Assembly (NCBI GenBank): GCA_963815215.1
Contig: CAWFFU010000010.1
Coordinates: 224,001-288,000 of the forward strand
Origin: an uncultured Trueperaceae bacterium
GTDB lineage: Bacteria; Deinococcota; Deinococci; Deinococcales; Trueperaceae
Length of the DNA: 64,000 nt
Direction of reading: 5' to 3'
Positions 50,010 to 60,980 of this stretch are shown in pieces (the stretch's first letter is position 1; each line of letters opens with the position of its first letter). The notes below the pieces were generated by a model, which was given only the letters and a program-made list of their open reading frames with translations, had not been told where the DNA came from and did not search any database. Position numbers and translations under genes: made by a program.

Positions 50010-51908
50010 ATGGCAAAGGCAGTAGGCATCGACCTCGGCACCACCAACAGCGTCATCGCCATCATGGAGAGCGGCGAGCCGACGGTGCTGGTCAACAGCG
50101 AGGGCAACCGCACCACCCCGTCGGTGGTGGCGTTCAAGGACGAGAACCGCCTGGTCGGTCAGGTCGCCAAGCGCCAGGCCGTGCTCAACCCCAGGGGAAC
50201 GCTGTTCGAGGTCAAGCGCTTCATCGGCCGAACCTGGGACGAGGTCAAGCATGAGGCCGAGCGCGCGCCCTACGAGGTGGCGCGCGGCGATGACGGCGGC
50301 GTCCGTTTCGTCGTTGGAGACAAGAAGTACACCTCCGAAGAGGTGTCGGCCATGGTGCTTCGCAAGATGGTCGACGACGCCAGCGAGCGGGTGGGCGAGA
50401 AGATCAACAAGGCGGTCATCACGGTGCCCGCCTACTTCAACAACTCGCAGCGCGAGGCCACCCAGAACGCCGGCCGCATCGCCGGGCTGGAGGTGCTGCG
50501 CATCGTCAACGAGCCCACGGCGGCAGCGCTCGCCTACGGCCTCGAGAAGAAGGGGAACGAGACCATCCTGGTCTTCGACCTGGGCGGCGGCACCTTCGAC
50601 GTGTCGGTGCTCGAGGTCGGGGACGGGGTGTTCGAGGTGCGGTCCACCAGCGGCGACACCCACCTCGGCGGCTCCGACATGGACCACGCCGTGGTCGACT
50701 GGATGGCCGCGGAGTTCAAGAAGGAGTACAACGTCGACCTGCTCAAGGACAAGCAGGCGTTGCAGCGCCTCATCGAGGCCGCGGAGAAGGCCAAGATCGA
50801 GCTCTCCGGACTGCCCGAGACCACCATCAGTTTGCCGTTCATCGCCATGGATCCGGCGTCGAACGCGCCGCTCTACCTCGAGCAGAAGCTGACCCGCAGC
50901 AAGTTCGAGGAGCTGGTAGGCCCGCTGCTGCAACGGCTGCGGCATCCGGTCGAGCAGGCGCTCGCCGACGCCAAGGTCGGCAAGGGCGAGATCGACGAGA
51001 TCATCCTGGTCGGTGGCGCCACCCGCGTGCCCGCCGTGAAGCGCATCGTCAAGGAGCTGCTCGGCAAGGAGCCGAATCAGAGCGTCAACCCCGACGAGGT
51101 GGTGGCGCTGGGCGCGGCCATCCAGGCCGGCGTACTCACCGGCGACGTCGAGGACATCGTGCTGCTCGACGTCACGCCCCTGAGCCTGGGCGTGGAGACC
51201 AAGGGCGGCGTGTTCACCAAGCTGATCGAGCGCAACACCACCGTGCCGGTACGCAAGACCGAGACCTTCACCACCGCCGACCACAACCAGACCGGCGTCG
51301 AGGTGCATGTGCTCCAGGGCGAGCGCTCGATGGCGAACGACAACAAGTCGCTCGGCCGCTTCAAGCTCGACGGGCTGCCGCCCATGCCCGCCGGCATGCC
51401 CCAGATCGAGATCACCTACGACATCGACGCCAACGGCGTGTTGCACGTGACCGCCAAGGAGAAGTCCACCGGCAAGGCCGCCAACATCACCATCCAGAAC
51501 ACCACCACACTCGGCGACGACGAGGTGGAGCGGATGGTGTCCGACGCCCAGGCGCACGCCGACGAGGATCACCAGGCGCGCGAGCTCGCCGAAGCGCGCA
51601 ACCAGCTCGACAGCCTGCGGCTGCAGGCGCGCAAGGCGGTCGACGATGCCGCGGGCGCCGGCGACGAGCAGAAGAAGCCGGTGGAGGACGCGATCCAGGA
51701 GGCGCAGCAGGCGCTCGACCAGAGCGCCGGCAAGGATCGCCTCGACGCCGTGACCAAGACCCTGGTCGAGGCGCTGCAGGCCTTCCAGCAGGCGACCGCC
51801 GCGCAGCAGGACGCCTCGCAGGGCGGCGAGCCCGGTGCCGGCGAGAGCGCCGGCGATGGGGCCGAGGACGAGGACGTCATCGACGCGGACTTCAAGCCGG
51901 CCGGCTGA
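50010..51908 (+). CDS. dnaK: chaperone DnaK
   Basis: [34 protein letters not shown]. Confidence 0.99.
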   Translation: MAKAVGIDLGTTNSVIAIMESGEPTVLVNSEGNRTTPSVVAFKDENRLVGQVAKRQAVLNPRGTLFEVKRFIGRTWDEVKHEAERAPYEVARGDDGGVRFVVGDKKYTSEEVSAMVLRKMVDDASERVGEKINKAVITVPAYFNNSQREATQNAGRIAGLEVLRIVNEPTAAALAYGLEKKGNETILVFDLGGGTFDVSVLEVGDGVFEVRSTSGDTHLGGSDMDHAVVDWMAAEFKKEYNVDLLKDKQALQRLIEAAEKAKIELSGLPETTISLPFIAMDPASNAPLYLEQKLTRSKFEELVGPLLQRLRHPVEQALADAKVGKGEIDEIILVGGATRVPAVKRIVKELLGKEPNQSVNPDEVVALGAAIQAGVLTGDVEDIVLLDVTPLSLGVETKGGVFTKLIERNTTVPVRKTETFTTADHNQTGVEVHVLQGERSMANDNKSLGRFKLDGLPPMPAGMPQIEITYDIDANGVLHVTAKEKSTGKAANITIQNTTTLGDDEVERMVSDAQAHADEDHQARELAEARNQLDSLRLQARKAVDDAAGAGDEQKKPVEDAIQEAQQALDQSAGKDRLDAVTKTLVEALQAFQQATAAQQDASQGGEPGAGESAGDGAEDEDVIDADFKPAG

Positions 51909-51923
51909 GCCGGACGAGCATCC

Positions 51924-51963
51924 GTCAGCGCGCGACGCGCACGAGGCGGCGTCGCGCGCTGAC
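51924..51963 (+). other. 15-bp stem-loop between dnaK and grpE
   Basis: gtcagcgcgcgacgc...gcgtcgcgcgctgac. Confidence 0.55.
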
Positions 51964-51978
51964 CGCTAGGACGAGGTT

Positions 51979-52638
51979 ATGAGCGATCCCAAGAACCACG
52001 ACGACAGCGGTGGCGGCACCGTCGACGAGCGGCAGCCCGGCGACGGTGCGGGCGCCGAGGAGGCGCGCGGGCGCGCCACTGCTCCTCAGAACCAGGGCGC
52101 GACGACGGCCGACCCGGCTGCGGCGGCCGACCAGGAGGTGGACATCCTGCGCAGCGAGCTGGCCAGGACGCAAGAGCTGCTGGGCGAGGCACAGCGCGAG
52201 GCGGCGGAGTGCCGCGACCGCTACCTGCGCGGCCGCGCCGAGTTGGAGACCTTCCGCCGGCGGGTCGCCGGCGACGTCGAGCTCGCCCGCGAGGCGGGTC
52301 TCGACAGCGCGGTGCTGGCCGTGCTGGCGGTCTTCGACGACCTGGGACGGGCGCTGCAGGCGGCCGAGTCCACCGATGACCCGTCGACCATCGTGCCGGG
52401 CGTGCGAGCGGTCAAGGACTCGCTCGTGCGCACCCTCGAGACCCTCGATATCCGGTCCATCGGTGCTGCGGGCGACCCGTTCGACCCGAATCAGCACGAG
52501 GCGCTCACGACCGTTCCGCTCGCCGATGGCGCCGAGCCCGGCACCATCGCGGATGTGTTCCAGGCAGGCTTCAAGCGCGGCGACCGGTTGGTGCGGCCGG
52601 CGCGCGTGGTGGTGTACACGGAGCCGGAGGACGGCTAG
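51979..52638 (+). CDS. grpE: nucleotide exchange factor GrpE
   Basis: RAELETFRRR, FDPNQHEA, QAGF...LVRPARV. Confidence 0.96.
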   Translation: MSDPKNHDDSGGGTVDERQPGDGAGAEEARGRATAPQNQGATTADPAAAADQEVDILRSELARTQELLGEAQREAAECRDRYLRGRAELETFRRRVAGDVELAREAGLDSAVLAVLAVFDDLGRALQAAESTDDPSTIVPGVRAVKDSLVRTLETLDIRSIGAAGDPFDPNQHEALTTVPLADGAEPGTIADVFQAGFKRGDRLVRPARVVVYTEPEDG

Positions 52639-52687
52639 GGCCCGGCCGGGCGCCGCCGGATGCGCCCGGCGCGGGAGGTGATTCGAC

Positions 52688-53770
52688 GTGGCAGGCTTCA
52701 AGGACTACTACGAGATGCTGGGTGTCCCGCGCGATGCGTCGCAGCCGGACATCAGGGCCGCGTTCCGCAAGCTTGCCGCCAAGCATCACCCGGACCGCAA
52801 TCCTGACGACGCCGGCGCCGAGGATCGCTTCAAGGAGATCAACGAGGCCTACACCGCGCTCTCCGATCCCGAGAAGCGCAAGATCTACGACCAGTACGGA
52901 ACGACCGGCGGCGCGCCGCCCTTCGCTCAGCAGAGCGGAGGCTTCCGGACGGTGTCGGCCGACGAGTTCGCCGGCTTCAGCGACTTCTTCCAGTCGCTGT
53001 TCGGCGGGACCATGGGGGGACGCGGCTTCACCACCGAGAGCGGCTTCGGCGACGTGTTCTCGCAGGGGGGCGTCCGACCTTCGGCGATGCGAGGCGGCCA
53101 GGCCGCCCGCGCCCCGCGAGGGGTCGAAGCGGAGCTGAAGGTGGGTCTCGAGGAGGCCTACCGCGGCGGCGAGACGACCTTCCGGATCGACGGCCGGGCG
53201 CTGACCGTCACCCTGCCCCGCGGCGTGCGCGACGGTGCGCGCCTGCGGTTGCGCGGCCAGGCGCCGGGTGGAGGCGATCTCATCCTGATCGTGCGCCACG
53301 CCCCTCACCGGGTGTACACGGTTCAGGGTGATGACGTTCGGGTGCGGGTCGACGTGCCGGATTACCGCGCCGCCCTGGGCGGCGGCGTGCGCGTGCCCAC
53401 CCTGGACGGCGAGGTGGAGATGACGCTCCCCGAGGGCACCACCGGGGGACGGGTGCTGCGCCTGCGGGGTCAGGGCTGGCCCCGCAAGGATGGCGCCCGC
53501 GGCGACGAGCTGGCGGAGATCCGGGTGGTGGTGCCGAAGAGACTGACTTCGGAGCAGAAGGCGCTCTACCGCAGGCTCGAAGGGTACGCCACGGGAGCGG
53601 CCCCTGCGCCTGAGGCCCCCGCTGGGGAGGCCTCCGGAGAGGATCGCGGGAACGGTTCCGGGACCGCCCCCGAGAGCGTCGCCGATACGGGGCCCGAGAC
53701 GGCCTCCGAGACCGCTCCCAAGGAGGGCGAGCGCAAGGGCAAACGGCGCAACAAGGAGGCGGCCGCCTGA
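52688..53770 (+). CDS. dnaJ: DnaJ-class chaperone lacking zinc fingers (CbpA/type II)
   Basis: J domain KDYYEMLGV...HPD; G/F region; no CxxCxGxG. Confidence 0.92.
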   Translation: MAGFKDYYEMLGVPRDASQPDIRAAFRKLAAKHHPDRNPDDAGAEDRFKEINEAYTALSDPEKRKIYDQYGTTGGAPPFAQQSGGFRTVSADEFAGFSDFFQSLFGGTMGGRGFTTESGFGDVFSQGGVRPSAMRGGQAARAPRGVEAELKVGLEEAYRGGETTFRIDGRALTVTLPRGVRDGARLRLRGQAPGGGDLILIVRHAPHRVYTVQGDDVRVRVDVPDYRAALGGGVRVPTLDGEVEMTLPEGTTGGRVLRLRGQGWPRKDGARGDELAEIRVVVPKRLTSEQKALYRRLEGYATGAAPAPEAPAGEASGEDRGNGSGTAPESVADTGPETASETAPKEGERKGKRRNKEAAA

Positions 53771-53869
53771 GCCTCCGTCCGGGCACGGGCCGAGGGCCGC
53801 CGGGCGCTGCGTAGCAACCGTGGTCCCACCCCACCGCCCGGGCCGCGACGGGGTGGTAGGGTTGCGGCC

Positions 53870-55030
53870 ATGACTCGATTCCCCAAGCGGCTCCGCCGCC
53901 TGTTGCCGTCACTGCTGGCTCTTGCCATGGTGGCGGGGCTCGCGAGCGCCCAGAGCACCAACCAGAGCACGTCCAAGAGCACGACCGCGACCAGCGCCTC
54001 CGGCAAGGATCCGGTGGTGATCCAGCTCGGCGACCAGACCGAGACCTTGAGCGACTTCGAGGCGCGTTTCGACATCGCCATCCGCAGCCTGGCGGCCCAG
54101 CAGGGCATGCCGATGACCCCGCAGCTCCGTCAGCAGCTCGCGGTGTACCAGCCGCAGTACCTGCAGCAGCGGGCGACCGAGATCGTGCTGCTCGACAAGG
54201 CCAAGAAGGACGGGCTGAAGATCGACCAGAAGCACGTCGACTCGGTGCTGACGCAGGTCGAGGGGAACGTTCCCAAGGGCAAGAAGTTGCAGGACCTGCT
54301 CGATCAGGCCGGCTTCAAGGACAAGGCGCAGCTCGTCCAGCTGATCGGCGAGTCCGACCTGATCAACCAGGAGATGCAGAAGCTCAAGGACGCCGTCAAG
54401 GTGACCGACGCCCAGCTCAAGGGCTACTACCAGGCGCACAAGGCGGACTACACGACGCCTGAGCAGGTCTGCGCCAGCCACATCCTGCTCAAGACCGAGG
54501 CCGACGCCCAGGCGGTGATGAAGGACCTCGCCGGCGGCGCCAACTTCGCCGCGGAGGCCAAGGCCAAGAGCACCGGGCCCAGCGCTTCCAAGGGCGGCGA
54601 CCTCGGTTGCTTCGGCAAGACCCAGATGGTCCAGCCCTTCGCCGACGCGGCCTTCAAAGCGCAGGTCGGCAAGGTCGTGGGACCGGTCAAGACCCAGTAC
54701 GGCTACCATGTGATCCTGGTCAGCAAGCACACCCAGGCCACGACCAAGCCGTTCGACCAGGTCAAGAGCGACGTCGAGTCGAAGCTCCGTCAGGAGCACG
54801 CCAACCAGCAAGTGCAGGCGCTGCTCAAGAGCTCGGGCGTCCAGACGTTCCCGAAGCTCCTTCCGGCCCCGCCGCAGCCCTCGGGCACGGCGCCGGCCGG
54901 CGGCAACGGCGCAGGTACGTCCGGCGGTACCACCACCGGCGGTAGCACCACGGGTGGCAGCACCACCGGCGGCAGCACCACCGGCGGTAGCACTACGGGT
55001 GGCAGCACCACCGGTGGGGCCGGCAACTAG
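53870..55030 (+). CDS. exported parvulin-type peptidyl-prolyl isomerase (PrsA/SurA-like) with GGSTT tail
   Basis: Signal peptide; ASHILL, KGGDLG, MVQPFADAAF, TQYGYHVI. Confidence 0.92.
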   Translation: MTRFPKRLRRLLPSLLALAMVAGLASAQSTNQSTSKSTTATSASGKDPVVIQLGDQTETLSDFEARFDIAIRSLAAQQGMPMTPQLRQQLAVYQPQYLQQRATEIVLLDKAKKDGLKIDQKHVDSVLTQVEGNVPKGKKLQDLLDQAGFKDKAQLVQLIGESDLINQEMQKLKDAVKVTDAQLKGYYQAHKADYTTPEQVCASHILLKTEADAQAVMKDLAGGANFAAEAKAKSTGPSASKGGDLGCFGKTQMVQPFADAAFKAQVGKVVGPVKTQYGYHVILVSKHTQATTKPFDQVKSDVESKLRQEHANQQVQALLKSSGVQTFPKLLPAPPQPSGTAPAGGNGAGTSGGTTTGGSTTGGSTTGGSTTGGSTTGGSTTGGAGN

Positions 55031-55102
55031 CCGACCTTCGCTCCTATCCCGTCAAGCGTCGAAGCGGCGCGCCGGCCCTGGCCGCCGGCGCGCCGCTTGC
55101 GG

Positions 55103-55738
55103 TCACGGGAACAGCCGCTCGACGGCCCAGCCGTGCTCCGTGGCGCGGTACAGGTAGCGGTCGTGGAGCCGGTTCTCCCGTCCCTGCCAGAACTCGATAC
55201 GTGACGGCTGCAGGCGGTAGCCGCCCCACGTAGGCGGCAACGGCACGGCGCCTTCGGGGAAGCGCGCCTGCATCGCCGCGAAGCGCCCCTCGATCTCCTT
55301 GCGATCGGCGACGGGACGGCTCTGCTCCGAGGCCCAGGCCGCGAGCTGGGAACCGTAGGGACGGCTCGCGAAGTAGGCGCGACCGGCGGCCTCGGGGAGT
55401 CTCGCAACGGTGCCCTCGACGCGCACCTGGCGCTCCAGTCGATCCCACCAGAAGCAGGCGGCTGCCTGGGGGTTGGCTTCCAGATCGCGACCTTTGCGGC
55501 TGGCGTAGTTGGTGTAGAACTCCAGCCCGCCACCGGCGATGCCCTTGAGCAGCACCATGCGCGAGGAGACACGCCCGTCGCCGTCGGCGGTGGCCAGGCT
55601 CATGGCGTTGGGCTCGAGCATGCCGGCATCGAGCGCCTGGCGCAGCCAGCGCTCGAGCTGCAGCAGCGGATCGTCGTCGAGCTCGAAGGTCGTGAGCGTT
55701 CCCTGACGGTAGCTCCTGCGGGGTGCGTCGGCGGCCAT
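55103..55738 (-). CDS. pdxH: pyridoxamine 5'-phosphate oxidase
   Basis: EPNAMSLAT, RMVLLK, FYTNY.SRK, EFWQGRENRLHDR. Confidence 0.96.
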   Translation of the reverse strand: MAADAPRRSYRQGTLTTFELDDDPLLQLERWLRQALDAGMLEPNAMSLATADGDGRVSSRMVLLKGIAGGGLEFYTNYASRKGRDLEANPQAAACFWWDRLERQVRVEGTVARLPEAAGRAYFASRPYGSQLAAWASEQSRPVADRKEIEGRFAAMQARFPEGAVPLPPTWGGYRLQPSRIEFWQGRENRLHDRYLYRATEHGWAVERLFP

Positions 55739-55995
55739 GGGGCCAGTCTACGGGCGTGCGCGCCGTCGCGGCCCGTGAGTAAGAACCTTGTAAGGCCCGG
55801 GGCGGTATCGTCCTATCGAGGCGTTGGAAGACCTGCAGCCTCCCCTCCTCCTTCCTCTTGCGTCTTCTTTCCAGCGCGTCATCGCCTTCTCCCCTTGAGC
55901 AGGCCGCCTGTCCCGCCCGGGTTTCTCCCTGGCGGGACGCGCCGTTTCGTGAGGGGGGAGCCGGCTCCTCTCAACTCACCGGGACGCTCGTTGTG

Positions 55996-56045
55996 GTCGT
56001 CTGCTGGTGTCGTCTGCTGGTGTCGCCTGCTGGTGACGCCTGCTA
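55996..56045 (+). repeat. 13-bp tandem repeat CTGCTGGTGWCGY in the promoter of the YyaL-like gene
   Basis: Units start at 56001, 56014 and 56027, with a partial unit at 56040. Confidence 0.8.
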
Positions 56046-56055
56046 CCGTGGCGGC

Positions 56056-58218
56056 ATGCCCAACGGTTTGGCGCACGCCACCAGCCCCTACCTGCTCCAG
56101 CACAGTGAGAACCCTGTCGACTGGCGCCCCTGGGGCGAGGAGGCGTTCGCGCTGGCGCGCCGGCTCGACCGGCCGCTGCTGCTCTCCATCGGGTATGCGT
56201 CGTGCCACTGGTGCCACGTCATGGCCCACGAGTCGTTCGAGGACGATCGGCTGGCGGAGTTCCTGAACGAGCACTTCGTGTGCGTGAAGGTCGATCGGGA
56301 GGAACGTCCCGACGTCGACGCGGTGTACATGAGCGCGGTCCAGGCGATGACCGGTAGCGGGGGTTGGCCCCTGACGGTGATCCTCACCCCCGGCGGCGCA
56401 CCCTTCTTCGGGGGGACCTACTTCCCGCCGCAGCCGCGCTGGGGGCGGCCCTCCTTCCGGCAGGTGCTGGAGGGCGTGAGCCGGGCGTGGTCCGAGCGAC
56501 GCGGCGAAGTCGAGGAGGCGGCGCGCTCGATGCACGAGCAGCTCCGCGCGCTGGAGGCGCCGTTCGCGGGTGCAGCGGCGGCGGCGCCGGCGACAGCGCC
56601 GGCGACAGCTCGGGCGCCCGGCGCGGCGGGTCAGGCAGTTGCGCGTGAGGTTGCTGCGCGTGAGGTTGCAGCGCGTGAGGTTGCTGCGCGGGCCCGCGCG
56701 CTCGCAGCCCTGGCAGCAACCTTCGACGCGGAGCGCGGCGGCTTCGGCGACGCTCCCAAGTTCCCGCCTCACGGCGCGCTGCGCTTCCTTCTCGACAGTC
56801 CGGAGGACGGCGCGCTGGCCATGGCCACGGCCACGCTCGATGCCATGGCCGACGGCGGCATCCATGACCAGCTCGGAGGCGGCTTCGCGCGCTACAGCGT
56901 GGACGCGCGTTGGGACGTGCCGCACTTCGAGAAGATGCTCTACGACAACGCCCAGCTCCTGCAGCTCTACGCCGAGGGCTACCGCCGCAGCGGCCGGACC
57001 CGCTACGCCGCGGTGGCCGAAGGCATCGTCGGCTGGATGGAGCGCGAGTTGCTCACCCCGGAGGGGGCGTTGTGCAGCTCGCTGGACGCCGACAGCGAGG
57101 GGGAGGAGGGGCGCTTCTACAGCTGGACGGAGGAGGCGATCGACGCCGTCACCGGCATCGACGCCGCCTTCGTCAAGCGGCACTTCGGGGTACGTACACC
57201 GGGTCCGTTCGAGGGGCGCAACGTGCTGCGCGTCGCCGAGCCGTTGCCCGCCACGGCGGCGGCGTTCGGGCTCGAGCCCGAGGAGGCGGCGGCCCGTCTG
57301 GGCCGCGCCCGCCGCGCCCTGGCCGCCGCCCGCGAACAGCGACCGCGCCCGGCCCTGGACGACAAGGTCCTGGCGTCCTGGAACGGGCTCGCGCTCGCCG
57401 GCCTGGCCGACGCCGCCCGCCTGCTGGGCTCCGAGCGATCGCTGACCCTGGCCCACGGGCTGGTGCGCTTCGTGCGCGCGGAGCTGCTCCAGGACGGGCG
57501 TTTGTTGCACGCCTGGCGGGGTGGGAGCGCCCACATCGAGGGACTGCTGGAGGACTACGCCTACCTGGGCCTGGGCCTGCTGGCGCTCCACCGCCTCACC
57601 TTGGAGGCGCCGCTGCTCGAGCTGGCGCTGGACCTCGCCGCCGTCGTGCGCCGCGACTTCGAGGCGGACGACGGCGGCTTCTACTCGACCTCGCGTCGCG
57701 GCGAGCGTCTGCTGGTGCGCCCCCGCTCGCTGGCCGACGCCGCCGTCCCGTCCGACAACGCCGCCGCCGCCGAGCTGCTGGCGCGCCTCGCCCGCGTGAC
57801 GGGGGACGGTGCGCTGGCGGAGGCGGCCGCGCGCGCCGTCGGGCCCCTGGAGGACGCCATGCAGCGGCATCCCCAGGCGTTCGCGTCGGCCCTGACGGTC
57901 CGCCGCATCCTGGCCGAGCCGCCGCGGGAAGTGGTGCTGGTGGGCGACCCGCGCGGCGCCGACACCGCCGCGCTGGCGGCCGCCTGGCGCCGGCGCGCCG
58001 ACCCCGCGGTGGCGGCGTTGCTGGTGAGTGGGCCGGACGATGCGCTGGCGCGGCGCTGCCCGCTGGCGCGGGGTCGTGAGCGGCTCGACGGTCGCGCCAG
58101 CGCCTACGTGTGCCAGGGCGGTGTCTGCCGCCTGCCGGTCGTCGAGGTGGCGGCGTTCGAGCGCGAGCTCGACGCCATCGGACTGGCGCCGCTGTCGATC
58201 CCGCCGCACTCAGGGTAG
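56056..58218 (+). CDS. YyaL/SPATA20-like thioredoxin + (alpha/alpha)6 domain protein
   Basis: [40 protein letters not shown]; start re-set to ATG 56056. Confidence 0.93.
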   Translation: MPNGLAHATSPYLLQHSENPVDWRPWGEEAFALARRLDRPLLLSIGYASCHWCHVMAHESFEDDRLAEFLNEHFVCVKVDREERPDVDAVYMSAVQAMTGSGGWPLTVILTPGGAPFFGGTYFPPQPRWGRPSFRQVLEGVSRAWSERRGEVEEAARSMHEQLRALEAPFAGAAAAAPATAPATARAPGAAGQAVAREVAAREVAAREVAARARALAALAATFDAERGGFGDAPKFPPHGALRFLLDSPEDGALAMATATLDAMADGGIHDQLGGGFARYSVDARWDVPHFEKMLYDNAQLLQLYAEGYRRSGRTRYAAVAEGIVGWMERELLTPEGALCSSLDADSEGEEGRFYSWTEEAIDAVTGIDAAFVKRHFGVRTPGPFEGRNVLRVAEPLPATAAAFGLEPEEAAARLGRARRALAAAREQRPRPALDDKVLASWNGLALAGLADAARLLGSERSLTLAHGLVRFVRAELLQDGRLLHAWRGGSAHIEGLLEDYAYLGLGLLALHRLTLEAPLLELALDLAAVVRRDFEADDGGFYSTSRRGERLLVRPRSLADAAVPSDNAAAAELLARLARVTGDGALAEAAARAVGPLEDAMQRHPQAFASALTVRRILAEPPREVVLVGDPRGADTAALAAAWRRRADPAVAALLVSGPDDALARRCPLARGRERLDGRASAYVCQGGVCRLPVVEVAAFERELDAIGLAPLSIPPHSG

Positions 58219-58227
58219 CCGCTCCGC

Positions 58228-58284
58228 TTGACAGCGAGAGGGCGGCGCGGCATGCTGACACTCGACTGACCGACCGGTCGGTCA
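58228..58284 (+). promoter_or_regulatory. MFS promoter with perfect 18-bp palindrome (candidate TetR operator)
   Basis: TTGACA 58228-17 nt-CATGCT 58251; TGACCGACCGGTCGGTCA at 58267-58284. Confidence 0.75.
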
Positions 58285-58359
58285 CTCGTCGCGGTTGTGG
58301 CGGCCACGCCTGGCGTAGGCGCGCCCCGCGACCGGAAGCCACCCTTGGAGGGATCGGAC

Positions 58360-59742
58360 ATGGAAGAGAGGGCCCGCAATCGGCTCCTTGCCGTGCTTTT
58401 CGTGGGCGTGCTCATGGGCGCGCTCGACATCGCCATCGTGGGGCCGGCGCTGCCGGCGATCCAACGCGGTTTCGGCGTCGGCAACGCCGCCATCGCCTGG
58501 GTCTTCAACGTCTACGTGCTGTTCAACCTGATGGCCACGCCGCTGATGGCGAAGCTCTCCGATCGCTTCGGGCGCCGCCGCATCTACACCCTCGACGTGG
58601 CGCTCTTCGGCATCGGCTCGCTGGTCGTGGCGCTCTCCCCGAGCCTCACCGTGCTGCTGGTGGGCCGGGCGATCCAGGCCATCGGGGCCGGCGGCATCTT
58701 CCCGGTCGCCAGCGCCGTCATCGGCGACACCTTCCCGGCGGAGAAGCGCGGTCGGGCCCTCGGCATCATCGGCGCCGTGTTCGGCCTGGCGTTCCTGGTG
58801 GGCCCGTTGCTCGGCGGCCTGCTGCTGCAGTTGAGCTGGCACTGGCTGTTCCTCATCAACCTGCCGGTGGCTGCCTGGCTCATCGTAGCCAGCCAGCGAC
58901 TCGTGCCCGACGTGCGAGCCGCCGAGAGTCCCCCCTTCGACTGGACCGGCGTGAGCGTGCTGAGCCTGATGCTGGCGGGCCTGGCGCTCGGCCTCAGCGG
59001 CCTCGACAGCACAGCGCTGTTGTCCAGCCTGTTGAGTTGGAACGTAGGCCCCTTCCTGCTGGTGGCGCTCGTGCTGCTCCCGCTGTTCTGGTCGGTCGAG
59101 CGGCGCGCGGCCGACGCCGTGCTGCGGCCGCGCCTGCTGGCGTCCAATCAGGTGCGGCTGGTCGGCCTGTTCGCCGCCGGCGCCGGCCTCAGCGAGGCGG
59201 CCATGGTGTTCCTGCCGTCGCTGGCCGTGTCCTCGCTGGGTGTGGGGGAGGCCACTGCCAGCTTCATGCTGCTGCCGCTGGTGCTGGCTCTGGCGGTCGG
59301 ATCGCCTACGGCCGGCCGCGTCCTCGACGCGCTGGGCTCGAGGATCGTGGTGGTCGCCGGACTCGCGCTGACCGCCGCCGGGCTGTTCGTGTTCGGCGCC
59401 GCCTCCACGAGCCTGGCCGGCTTCATCGTCGCCTCCGTCCTCACCGGCCTCGGGCTGTCGGCTCTCCTGGGTGCTCCGCTGCGCTACATCCTGCTGCGCG
59501 AGGCGGACGAAGCCGACCGCGGGGCCTCGCAGGGCCTGTTGACGGTGTTCACCAGCGTGGGACAGCTCGTCGGTGGCGCCCTGGTGGGAGCGGTGGCGGC
59601 CTCCTCGGCCGGCGGATTCCCGCCGGCGCTCACCGTGCTGGCGGTGGTGATGGCCGTGATGCTGGTGCCGTCGTTCGGCCTCAAGGGGCGGCGTCAGGAA
59701 CAGGCGTCGCGCCTGGAGGGGAGCGACAGGGCGGCGAACTGA
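58360..59742 (+). CDS. MFS drug:H+ antiporter-like transporter (DHA2-type)
   Basis: ALDIAIVGPALP, KLSDRFGRR, GRAIQAIGAG, GPLLGG; about 14 TMs. Confidence 0.92.
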   Translation: MEERARNRLLAVLFVGVLMGALDIAIVGPALPAIQRGFGVGNAAIAWVFNVYVLFNLMATPLMAKLSDRFGRRRIYTLDVALFGIGSLVVALSPSLTVLLVGRAIQAIGAGGIFPVASAVIGDTFPAEKRGRALGIIGAVFGLAFLVGPLLGGLLLQLSWHWLFLINLPVAAWLIVASQRLVPDVRAAESPPFDWTGVSVLSLMLAGLALGLSGLDSTALLSSLLSWNVGPFLLVALVLLPLFWSVERRAADAVLRPRLLASNQVRLVGLFAAGAGLSEAAMVFLPSLAVSSLGVGEATASFMLLPLVLALAVGSPTAGRVLDALGSRIVVVAGLALTAAGLFVFGAASTSLAGFIVASVLTGLGLSALLGAPLRYILLREADEADRGASQGLLTVFTSVGQLVGGALVGAVAASSAGGFPPALTVLAVVMAVMLVPSFGLKGRRQEQASRLEGSDRAAN

Positions 59743-59824
59743 GGCAGAATAGGGCAGGACGACCGCGGCAGCGCGGGGTGCGGCCCTGCCTGTGCGCTTC
59801 GACAGCGAAAGGATCGACACGATC

Positions 59825-60265
59825 ATGTACATATTCCTGCTGGATCTCCACAACCTGCTGCGTTGGGTGATCGTCATCGTCGGCGTCGTCGCGGTGGCCA
59901 TGGCCCTGCGTGGCGCCTTCGCGCGGGGGGCCTGGACCGGCCAACAGAACTCGCTCGGGCGGGTGTTCACCATGTCCGTCGACGTGCAACTGCTCGTAGG
60001 CCTGCTTCTGTACTTCGTGTTCAGCCCCATCACCACCGGCGCCTTCGCCGATTTCGGCGCCGCCATGAAGAACGACCACACCCGCTTCTTCCTGGTCGAG
60101 CACTTGCCGCTGATGGTCATCGCCATCGCCCTCATCCATGTGGGGGCCGCACGCGCGCGCAAGCTGAACAGCGCACGGCCGGCGGCTATCTTCTACACCG
60201 TCGCCATGGTGTTGATGGTCATCGCCATCCCCTGGTGGCGGCCGCTGATCCCCGGGATGGGGTGA
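59825..60265 (+). CDS. conserved 4-TM hypothetical membrane protein
   Basis: LHNLLRW, DVQLLVGLLLY, RFFLVEH, AIPW. Confidence 0.8.
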   Translation: MYIFLLDLHNLLRWVIVIVGVVAVAMALRGAFARGAWTGQQNSLGRVFTMSVDVQLLVGLLLYFVFSPITTGAFADFGAAMKNDHTRFFLVEHLPLMVIAIALIHVGAARARKLNSARPAAIFYTVAMVLMVIAIPWWRPLIPGMG

Positions 60266-60349
60266 GGGCGGGCGTGACGCGCACGCCCTGGGTCGACGCC
60301 GTGACGACGTCCGCCGGCTCCCCGAGCGCCGGCGGCCGGTGAGCGGGTC

Positions 60350-60928
60350 GTGACGCAGGCGGGCGCCGCCGACAGCGTCAAGGACCGCATCCTCGACGAG
60401 GCCGCCGCGCTCTTCGTCACGCACGGCTACCACGGGTTGTCGATGCGGCAGATCGCCGAGGCGGTGGGGGTGTCCAAGGCGGGCCTCTACTACCACTTCG
60501 AGGACAAGGAGACCCTCTTCCTGGCGATCCTGCTGCACCACATCGAACGGGTCGGCGAGCTGGTCGACCAGGCGCGCGCCGCCGGCGGGAGCGCCCGCCG
60601 GCAGGTGCACGGGGTGTTGACCAACATCCTCACCCACATGCGGGGCAGCCAGCGCTTCATCCGGCTCGCCGAGCAGGACGCCGTCAGCCTCCACCCCGCG
60701 TCGCGGGACCAGATGCACCGGGCCTACAGAGAGCGTTTCCTTGGCCCCATCGAGGCGATCCTCGAGCAGGGCGTCGCCGGCGGCGAGCTCCGCCCGCTCG
60801 ACCCCACCCAGACGACCTGGCTGTTGCTGGGCATGGCCTACTCCGGGCTGTCGGCCAGCCCGGAGCGGGTGCCCGCGGTGGTGGCGCTGATCGAGGATGT
60901 GTTCTTCGAGGGCGTAGAGGCCCGCTGA
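60350..60928 (+). CDS. TetR/AcrR family transcriptional regulator
   Basis: ILDEAAALF..HGY...SMRQIAEAVGVSKAGLYYHF.DKE. Confidence 0.95.
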   Translation: MTQAGAADSVKDRILDEAAALFVTHGYHGLSMRQIAEAVGVSKAGLYYHFEDKETLFLAILLHHIERVGELVDQARAAGGSARRQVHGVLTNILTHMRGSQRFIRLAEQDAVSLHPASRDQMHRAYRERFLGPIEAILEQGVAGGELRPLDPTQTTWLLLGMAYSGLSASPERVPAVVALIEDVFFEGVEAR

Positions 60929-60980
60929 GGCCCGCTTGGGCCGACGACGGAGGCTCCCGGAGCGCTGGTAGCATGACCGG

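Noticed and set aside
49875..51572. 565-aa ORF antisense to dnaK
   Set aside because: Typical shadow ORF opposite hsp70 genes in GC-rich genomes (often mis-annotated as a glutamate dehydrogenase); no motifs of its own.
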